Below are positions 25,550 through 32,000 of a DNA stretch of 32,000 bases, piece by piece. This DNA comes from Opitutia bacterium KCR 482 (GTDB lineage Bacteria > Verrucomicrobiota > Verrucomicrobiia > Opitutales > Intestinicryptomonadaceae). The position numbers were made by a program, and so were the translations under genes. Under the pieces are notes generated by a model. It saw nothing but the letters and a program-made list of their open reading frames with translations, was not told the DNA's origin and did not search any database. Location: contig CP149973.1 in assembly GCA_029269845.2 (NCBI GenBank), positions 732,328 through 764,327 on the forward strand, read 5' to 3'. The first letter of the stretch is position 1. Every line of letters begins with the position of its first letter.

Positions 25550-25589
25550 CCGCGGAAAAAAAGCGCGGGCGGTGAAAGGAAAACGCAAA

Positions 25590-26831
25590 ATGTTCGGATT
25601 TTTCAAAAGCAAAAAACAGAAACGGGCAAAAGACCTGCTCGGCACGGCGTACAAAGTCTACAACTACCGCTGCGACGTAGTGGCGGAGTCCGACGCAAAG
25701 TCGCTTGCGGCGTCGATAGAAAAGCTCGAAGGGCTTATCGACGACGGCAAGGTGGGCACGGAGGAGTACGAAAAATGCGCCGACGCGCTCGAAAAGCTCA
25801 TGCGCAAATGCGGCGGCACAATCTACCCGCTCTCCTCGTGGGCCGACTACACCGACATGATTGTTGTTGCGGGGATTCTCGCAATAGGTATCCGCAGCTT
25901 CTTTTTGCAGCCCTTCAAAATTCCGACAAACTCAATGTACCCGTCGTTCTACGGAATGACGAGCGTGGTCTACAACGGCAACGACGCAACTCCCCCGCCG
26001 AACCTCCCCGAAAAAATCTGGCGCTTTGCGGCTATCGCCGCCGACAACTACTCGCTCACAGCCCCCGAAAGCGGCGAGCTGTTTGTGGAAGTCAACGCGC
26101 CGTCGGGCATGCGCGGGCGCGGAGTGTTTGCATCGGAGGTGCGCCCCGTTAAAAAGTACTTTGTGTGGCCGACGTACGAGCGATTCTACACGTTTTTCGT
26201 AAACGGCAAAAAAACCGAACTCGCCCTGCCCGCAGACTTCCAGCTCGACGAAGTGATGTCGAAGGCGTTCGACCTCGAAAAGGCGTCAATCGTCAACAGA
26301 AACGGGACGTGGCTTATGAGCCTCGGTAAAGTCGAAAAGGGCGAAAAATACCTGAACTTCGACATTCTCGGCGGCGACATGCTCTTTGTGGACAGGTTCA
26401 CATACAATTTCAAAAAGCCGAAAATCGGAGACCCAATCGTATTCCGCACAAAATACTGCGAGGGCATGACGCAAATGAACGGCGGCGTTCCAGACGACAA
26501 ATACTACATCAAAAGGCTCGTAGGCCAGGGCGGCGACACGCTCGCGGTTGAGGGCGACACGCTTTTCAGGAACGGAAAGCCAATCGAAGGCTCGCCCGCG
26601 TTCGAGGCAAACGCGAAAAAATCGGGGCTTTACTGCGGCTACAAAAAAGAGGGCGTCTTCCGCGACGGAGGAAACGCGAAAATCTCGCCCAAGCACTACT
26701 TCGCAATGGGCGACAACTCCGCAAACAGCCTCGACAGCCGCTACTGGGGCGAAGTCCCCGAAAAGGCGATTGTGGGGAAGTCGCTGATTATATTCTACCC
26801 GTTCACGTCGCGCTGGGGGGCTACAAAATAG
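25590..26831 (+). CDS. lepB: Signal peptidase I (LepB) with an extended cytoplasmic N-terminal region
   Basis: Catalytic Ser box SMYPSF, Lys box YIKRLVGQGGD and GDNSANSLDSRYWG are present. ATG 25590 is preceded by AAGGA 9 nt upstream and is preferred over GTG 25572. The lepA-lepB order is widely conserved. Confidence 0.9.
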   Translation: MFGFFKSKKQKRAKDLLGTAYKVYNYRCDVVAESDAKSLAASIEKLEGLIDDGKVGTEEYEKCADALEKLMRKCGGTIYPLSSWADYTDMIVVAGILAIGIRSFFLQPFKIPTNSMYPSFYGMTSVVYNGNDATPPPNLPEKIWRFAAIAADNYSLTAPESGELFVEVNAPSGMRGRGVFASEVRPVKKYFVWPTYERFYTFFVNGKKTELALPADFQLDEVMSKAFDLEKASIVNRNGTWLMSLGKVEKGEKYLNFDILGGDMLFVDRFTYNFKKPKIGDPIVFRTKYCEGMTQMNGGVPDDKYYIKRLVGQGGDTLAVEGDTLFRNGKPIEGSPAFEANAKKSGLYCGYKKEGVFRDGGNAKISPKHYFAMGDNSANSLDSRYWGEVPEKAIVGKSLIIFYPFTSRWGATK

Positions 26832-26878
26832 GCTTGGCACGGACGAACTTTCCCGCTAAGCTCGCGCCCTGATTTTTT

Positions 26879-27211
26879 ATGTTGAAACTCGCGCACAGTC
26901 TTTCGATTGCATTCGGCTTCATGGTCGCATGCGTGCAGAGCGTGTGCGGAATCGACGCGCCGTACCTCCCGCATTCGGACGGCGGAGCGAACGCGCATGT
27001 GGTCAAAACAGTCTCGTGGGCGTCGGCGCGGCACATGGAGGCGTCGGACATTCTCGCGTATGTGGCGATTCTTGCGGTCGCCCGCGAAAACGGCGCGTCG
27101 GCGTTCGGAATGCCCGCGCAAGGCGCGGCGACAGCGGAGGGAGACTTTTCGGCGGGGAATCCCGTTTTTTCGTCAAAGGCAAACGCGATACGCGCGCCGT
27201 CGGCGGCGTAG
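26879..27211 (+). CDS. Hypothetical 110-aa exported protein; candidate secretion-monitor/arrest peptide upstream of secA
   Basis: Signal/lipobox-like N-terminus MLKLAHSLSIAFGFMVACVQSVCG. Third codon positions are G/C-rich, as in the neighbouring genes. The other five frames here give Arg-rich junk. The C-terminus is ..KANAIRAPSAA. No family was recognised. Confidence 0.45.
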   Translation: MLKLAHSLSIAFGFMVACVQSVCGIDAPYLPHSDGGANAHVVKTVSWASARHMEASDILAYVAILAVARENGASAFGMPAQGAATAEGDFSAGNPVFSSKANAIRAPSAA

Positions 27212-27313
27212 TTTCAAAATCCGTTTTTCGAAGTTCCGCGCCGCGGTCGGCGCGGGGAACAAACGGCGCAACGACGCGCCGCAACGCTTATTTTTTTCAA
27301 TTTTTAAAACATC
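27212..27313 (+). promoter_or_regulatory. Structured GC-rich leader preceding an AT-rich, SD-less secA start
   Basis: Hairpin H1 pairs 27233-27242 with 27249-27260 (10 bp, 2-nt bulge). Hairpin H2 pairs CGGCGC (27264-27269) with GCGCCG (27276-27281). A T7 tract follows at 27291-27297, then TTTTTAAAACATC-ATG. Confidence 0.4.
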
Positions 27314-30300
27314 ATGCTGGCAAATATAATCAAACTTTTCGCGGGCAGCCACTACAAGAAATTCTACAAGAAGACTCGCCCGATTATCGCAAAAATCAAC
27401 GCGCTCGAAGAGCAGTACCAAAAGCTCACCGACGAACAGCTCCGCGCAAAGACGGACGAGTTCAAACAACGCTACGCAAACGGCGAATCGCTCGACTCGC
27501 TTTTGCCCGAAGCCTTCGCGACGGTAAAGAACGCCGCCCGCAGGCTCTGCGGCAAAAAGGTGGAAGTCTGCGGACACGAAATCGAATGGCAAATGGTGCA
27601 CTACGACGTGCAGCTAATCGGCGGCATTGCCCTCCACAAAAACATGATTGCCGAAATGGCGACCGGCGAAGGCAAAACGCTTGTGGCTACCCTCCCGCTC
27701 TACCTCAACGCGCTCACGGGCAAGGGCTGCCACTTGGTGACGGTCAACGAATACCTCGCCAAGCGCGACTCGGAATGGATGGGCTACCTCTACAATTTCC
27801 TCGGCATAAGCGTGTCGTGGATTTATAACATGCAGGACATGGAGGAAAAGGCGCGGGCGTACAAGGCCGACATCACCTACGGCACGGCAAGCGAATTCGG
27901 CTTCGACTACCTGCGCGACAACGGCATGGCGTCGAGCAAAGAGGCGCAGGTGCAGCGTCCGCACTACTTCTGCATCGTCGACGAAGTCGACTCTATCCTC
28001 ATCGACGAAGCCCGCACGCCGCTCATCATTTCCGGCCCGATTCAGGAAGACCACGAGCCGCCGTTCAACGAGCTTAAACCCGCAATCGAGGGCGTCGTAA
28101 AGCTGCAAGTCGCGCTCTGCAACAAGCTCATAAACGAAGTCCGCGCGGCGGCGGAAAAAGGCGGCGAAATAGACGAAGCCACAATCATCAAAATGTGGCA
28201 GGTCAAAATGGGCGCGCCCAAGAACCGCATTCTGCGCCAGCTCATGGAAAACGGCGACCTCCGCAAAAAGCTCGACAAAATCGACATGGAAATGGCGTCC
28301 GACCTGCGCAAGTTCGACCGCTTCAAGTACAAGGAAGAGCTGTACTACACAATCGACGAAAAGCAGCATACGAGCGACCTCACCGAACGCGGCAGAAACG
28401 CCGTCGCGCCGCAGAACCCCGACGCGTTCGTCCTGCCCGACCTCCCCACGATTTTCGTGAACATAGACTCCGACAAATCGCTCGACCCGCAGAAGCGTCA
28501 GGAACTGAAAATGAAGGCCGAAGACGACTTCATCAAGCTTTCCGAATACATACACTGCATCAGCCAGCTGCTCCGCGCGTACTCGATTTACGAAAAGGAC
28601 ATCGAATACGTCGTGCAAGACGGCAAGGTGCACATCGTAGACCCCAACACGGGGCGCATTATGTACGGCCGCCGCTGGAGCGAGGGTCTGCACCAGGCGG
28701 TGGAGGCTAAGGAGGGCGTGGCAATCGAAAAGGAAACGAAAACGTACGCCACAATCACAATCCAAAACTACTTCCGCCTCTACGAAAAGCTCGCGGGCAT
28801 GACGGGCACGGCGGAAACCGAAGCGCAGGAATTCCACGACATCTACGGGCTTAACGTAATGGCGATTCCCACGAACAAGCCCTGCCGCAGAATCGACAAA
28901 AACGACGTAATCTACAAAACGCGCCGCGAAAAATACAACGCCGCAATCGACGAAATTCAGGAGGCGCACAAGCGCGGCCAGCCCGTGCTCGTCGGCACGG
29001 CGTCGGTCGAGGCGAGCGAAGTTCTCAGCCGCATGCTCAAACGCCGCAACATAGAGCACACGGTTCTCAACGCAAAGCACCACCAGCAGGAGGCGGAAAT
29101 CGTCGCAATGGCGGGCCAGCGCGGGGCGGTGACAATCGCCACAAACATGGCGGGACGCGGCACCGACATCAAGCTCGGCGAGGGCGTCAACGAGCTCGGC
29201 GGACTCTACGTTCTGGGCACGGAACGCCACGAGTCGCGCCGCATAGACAGACAGCTGCGCGGACGCTGCGCGCGCCAGGGCGACAACGGGCTTTCGAAAT
29301 TCCTCGTGTCGCTTGAAGACGACCTGCTCAGAATCTTCGGCAGCGGCCCGCTGGCGAGAATCCTCCAAAAGACATTCCAAGAGGGTCAGCCGCTCGACCA
29401 CCCCCTGCTCAACCGCTCGATTGAGCGCGCGCAGAAAACGGTCGAGGCGCAGAACTACTCGATGCGCAAACGCCTGCTCCAATACGACGACGTGCTCAAC
29501 AAACAGCGCGAAATCGTCTACGGTCTCAGGAACGAAACGCTCTACTCGGACGACCCGCGCAAGCTCGTATTCGACATCATCTGCGACGAGCTTGACGAGC
29601 GCGTTGCGACAATCTCGCCCAACGGTTCCGCGCCCGACTCCGCCGACTTGCAGGCGTTTTGCAGCTGGATTACAAGCCGCTTCCCGATTGCGATTATCCC
29701 CGAACAGCTCGAAGGGAAATCGCCCGAAGACATCACGAAAACCGTCGTCGACGAAATCCGCGCGGTCTATAAAATCCGCGAGGAAATCGAGAACCCCGAG
29801 GCTCTCAAAGCAATCGAACGCTTTGTGCTCATGCGCGCGCTCGACAAAAACTGGCAGGACCACCTCACCGAAATGGAGGATTTGCGCCGCAGCATAGGAC
29901 TGCGCGGATACGGGCAGAAAGACCCGCTCAACGAGTACAAAAGCGAGGCGTACAAATGCTTCGAAGCCCTCATGGGCAGAATCCGCAACGACGTCTGCAT
30001 GGGGATTTTCCGCAGCGCGTCGAGCATGGAAGTGCTCCAAACGCTCATCGACAGACTGCGCGAAAAGGTGGACGCCTCCGCCGCGCAAGCCGAACAGCGG
30101 GCGGAAGCCGCCGCGCAGAACGCGCAGCAGCCCGCCCCCGAAGCGCGGCCGCAACCCGAAAAGCCCGCGCCGAAAAAGGAGGTCGAGCTGCCGAAAATCG
30201 AAGCACGCATAGAGCTGCCGAAAATCGGGCGCAACGACACCGTTACAATCGCCAAGGGCAGCGAGGTGCAGACGATGAAATTCAAAAAGGCCGAACGCCT

Positions 30301-30343
30301 GATTCTCGAAGAGGGCTGGCGACTTCTGAAATGGGAAAAATAA
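27314..30343 (+). CDS. secA: Preprotein translocase ATPase SecA
   Basis: 1009 aa. Walker [19 protein letters not shown]-like [19 protein letters not shown] and [13 protein letters not shown] are present. Confidence 0.95.
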   Translation: MLANIIKLFAGSHYKKFYKKTRPIIAKINALEEQYQKLTDEQLRAKTDEFKQRYANGESLDSLLPEAFATVKNAARRLCGKKVEVCGHEIEWQMVHYDVQLIGGIALHKNMIAEMATGEGKTLVATLPLYLNALTGKGCHLVTVNEYLAKRDSEWMGYLYNFLGISVSWIYNMQDMEEKARAYKADITYGTASEFGFDYLRDNGMASSKEAQVQRPHYFCIVDEVDSILIDEARTPLIISGPIQEDHEPPFNELKPAIEGVVKLQVALCNKLINEVRAAAEKGGEIDEATIIKMWQVKMGAPKNRILRQLMENGDLRKKLDKIDMEMASDLRKFDRFKYKEELYYTIDEKQHTSDLTERGRNAVAPQNPDAFVLPDLPTIFVNIDSDKSLDPQKRQELKMKAEDDFIKLSEYIHCISQLLRAYSIYEKDIEYVVQDGKVHIVDPNTGRIMYGRRWSEGLHQAVEAKEGVAIEKETKTYATITIQNYFRLYEKLAGMTGTAETEAQEFHDIYGLNVMAIPTNKPCRRIDKNDVIYKTRREKYNAAIDEIQEAHKRGQPVLVGTASVEASEVLSRMLKRRNIEHTVLNAKHHQQEAEIVAMAGQRGAVTIATNMAGRGTDIKLGEGVNELGGLYVLGTERHESRRIDRQLRGRCARQGDNGLSKFLVSLEDDLLRIFGSGPLARILQKTFQEGQPLDHPLLNRSIERAQKTVEAQNYSMRKRLLQYDDVLNKQREIVYGLRNETLYSDDPRKLVFDIICDELDERVATISPNGSAPDSADLQAFCSWITSRFPIAIIPEQLEGKSPEDITKTVVDEIRAVYKIREEIENPEALKAIERFVLMRALDKNWQDHLTEMEDLRRSIGLRGYGQKDPLNEYKSEAYKCFEALMGRIRNDVCMGIFRSASSMEVLQTLIDRLREKVDASAAQAEQRAEAAAQNAQQPAPEARPQPEKPAPKKEVELPKIEARIELPKIGRNDTVTIAKGSEVQTMKFKKAERLILEEGWRLLKWEK
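30185..30227 (+). repeat. 16-nt direct repeat with 27-nt period inside the secA 3' end
   Basis: GAGCTGCCGAAAATCG occurs at 30185-30200 and again at 30212-30227. It encodes ELPKI(EARI)ELPKI. Confidence 0.85.
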
Positions 30344-32000
30344 AAAAATCTTCGGCAAATGCGGCGGCGGTCATCGCCGTCGCATTTTCTTTCTGCATGT
30401 ACGTTGCGGCGTTCGAGCCGTTCGGAGCGGCGGAGCTTGCGTACGTTTTCGCCGTTCCCGCAATACTCGCGTGCCGCTTCCTCTGCGGAAAAAACGAGGC
30501 GGCGCAAAGACGCGCCGCGCTCGAACGCGCGGGACTTGCCGACAAAACCGACCCGCGCGATTCCGAAGCGCAAAAGAAACGCGGCAAAAAAATCTGGCTC
30601 GTTTCCACATTCGCGGGTTCGTACGCGGCGTGGATTGCAATCCTCGTGTGGCTGCGCCACGTCTACCCGCCCGCGGGCTACGCAGCGGCAGTGTTGCTGC
30701 CGCTAATAATCGCGGGGCTTTTCGTTTTTCCGTGGTTTGCGCTTCTGCCGAAAATGCTGCCGTCGCTTGGGGAAAACCACGCGGCGCGGCTTGTCAAACT
30801 GGCGGGAGCGGCGTCGCTATGGGTCGCGCTCGAATGGGCGAGGTCGTGGATGTTTTCGGGCTTCCCGTGGAATCTGCTGGCGCATTCGCAGTGGCTCAGA
30901 CCAGCGTCGATTCAGTCGGCGGAATACGGCGGCGTCTGGATTGTGTCTTTTACGCTGATTTTCTTCAATCTTGCAATCGCCGAATACGTTTACAGGCTTT
31001 TCGAGTGGCAGAGGTGGAAGATGTCGAGCAACTTTGCGGGCAAAATTCCGTACTCGCGATTCTCTCCCGAATTCTACGCGGCGTTGGCTCTTGCGATGTC
31101 GGGCGTGTGGATTTACATTTCCAAAATGCCGCGCCCCGAAAACCGCGAAACCGCCTTCTGCGCGGGAATGGTGCAGACCGACTTCGCGGGAATTTTGAAG
31201 TGGGACGAAAAGCTCGCCGAAAGCAACCTCGCAATAATAGAACGCCTTACCGACGGGCTGAAACTCGCGCAGGCGGACGTCGCGCTCTGGCCCGAAGCGG
31301 CAACCCCGCCGCGCTGGCCCGTCGTCGGAACGCCCGCAATGCAAAAGTGGATTGAGCGGCTCTCCGCAAAAAACGCAATGCCGATAATCATGGGCAACAT
31401 GGCGTACGACTTCGCCGAAAAAACCGCGCAGGGCGGGGCTTTCGCGGTGTCGCCCAAAGACGGGCTTTACGAAAAATTCTACGCAAAGCGCAGGCTTGTG
31501 CCGTTCGGCGAATACGTGCCGTCGTGGTGCAAGTGGCTCGGCAAGGTTGTGCCGACGGGCGACATGAAAGCGGGCAGCGAACCCGTGCTTTTGGAGGCGG
31601 AAATACGCGGCAAAAAATACAAAGTGGGCGCGCTGATCTGCTACGAGGACATCTTCCCGAAGCTCGGGTGCGAAACCGCAAAGGCGGGCGCGGACATGCT
31701 TTTCGTCTGCACGAACGACTCGTGGTACGGGCGCGAAGGCGGAGCGTGGCAGCATGCGGCGCACTCGGCGTTTCAGGCGGTCTCTACGCGACTGCCGCTC
31801 ATGAGGTCGTCGAACAACGGGCTGAGCGCGGTGTTCGACCAGTACGGAAACATGAGGCCGTCTTTCACGCTCAAAAACGCCGACGGCTCGACGTGGAACG
31901 CCGACACGCCCTCCCCCGCCCCCGCGCTTAAAATTGCCGACCCCTACGGAAACGCGCTCGAACCCGAGTCGCTTAAAATCAGACGCTCAAGCCCCCTGCT
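30331..32000 (+). CDS. lnt: Apolipoprotein N-acyltransferase Lnt, 3' end cut by the window edge
   Basis: Not in the ORF track because there is no stop inside the window; I translated it by hand from ATG 30331 in frame 1. Seen: [16 protein letters not shown], then the CN-hydrolase triad context LWPEAA (Glu), [12 protein letters not shown] (Lys) and ALICYED (Cys). The start overlaps the secA 3' end by 13 nt. Confidence 0.9.
   Translation, partial: MGKIKKSSANAAAVIAVAFSFCMYVAAFEPFGAAELAYVFAVPAILACRFLCGKNEAAQRRAALERAGLADKTDPRDSEAQKKRGKKIWLVSTFAGSYAAWIAILVWLRHVYPPAGYAAAVLLPLIIAGLFVFPWFALLPKMLPSLGENHAARLVKLAGAASLWVALEWARSWMFSGFPWNLLAHSQWLRPASIQSAEYGGVWIVSFTLIFFNLAIAEYVYRLFEWQRWKMSSNFAGKIPYSRFSPEFYAALALAMSGVWIYISKMPRPENRETAFCAGMVQTDFAGILKWDEKLAESNLAIIERLTDGLKLAQADVALWPEAATPPRWPVVGTPAMQKWIERLSAKNAMPIIMGNMAYDFAEKTAQGGAFAVSPKDGLYEKFYAKRRLVPFGEYVPSWCKWLGKVVPTGDMKAGSEPVLLEAEIRGKKYKVGALICYEDIFPKLGCETAKAGADMLFVCTNDSWYGREGGAWQHAAHSAFQAVSTRLPLMRSSNNGLSAVFDQYGNMRPSFTLKNADGSTWNADTPSPAPALKIADPYGNALEPESLKIRRSSPL

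Noticed and set aside
26835-26840. TGGCAC, resembling a sigma-54 -24 element, just after lepB
   Set aside because: No TTGC(A/T) -12 element lies at the required 5-nt spacing; the following bases are GGACGAACTTTCC. This is most likely a chance match.
27614-30358. 914-aa ORF antisense to secA
   Set aside because: Same reasoning: it is the mirror of a strongly supported 1009-aa SecA, has low-complexity Arg/Ala/Val/Phe-rich content, and contains no recognisable domain.

Overview
This window comes from a bacterial chromosome of roughly 60% G+C. A divergent FtsZ and the gene content hint at a PVC-type lineage (Lentisphaerae, Verrucomicrobia or Kiritimatiellae), but that is only a guess. Positions 1-17762 hold a very compact division/cell-wall (dcw) cluster on the + strand: rsmH(partial)-ftsL-ftsI-murE-murF-mraY-murD-[3xLysM envelope protein]-ftsW-murG-murC-ddl-ftsQ-ftsA-ftsZ. 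Eight of its 14 gene junctions are ATGA or TAATG overlaps. Downstream come a convergent PIG-L/LmbE deacetylase-nagB pair (-) and a beta-barrel outer-membrane protein (-) followed by tandem terminators. Next are a YqhD-like iron alcohol dehydrogenase (+) and a Mn-type SOD plus HdeD-like membrane protein pair (-). The window ends with a protein-export/envelope run on the + strand: lepA-lepB-[110-aa signal-peptide ORF]-secA-lnt(partial). I recognised no rRNA, tRNA, CRISPR, transposase, integrase or phage genes. The best candidate for something undescribed is the small ORF directly upstream of secA. It has a signal-like N-terminus, a C-terminal A-I-R-A-P motif three codons before the stop, and a GC-rich leader with mutually exclusive pairings. 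That is the architecture of a SecM-type secretion monitor (translation-arrest peptide). Secondary observations are an FtsZ with altered GTP-binding and T7 motifs, an acidic tail on MurF, a LysM protein embedded in the dcw cluster, a PIG-L deacetylase where NagA would be expected, a signal-peptide-bearing Mn-type SOD, and a SecA whose C-terminal zinc finger has lost its ligands. All homology calls are motif recognition by eye; no searches were run.
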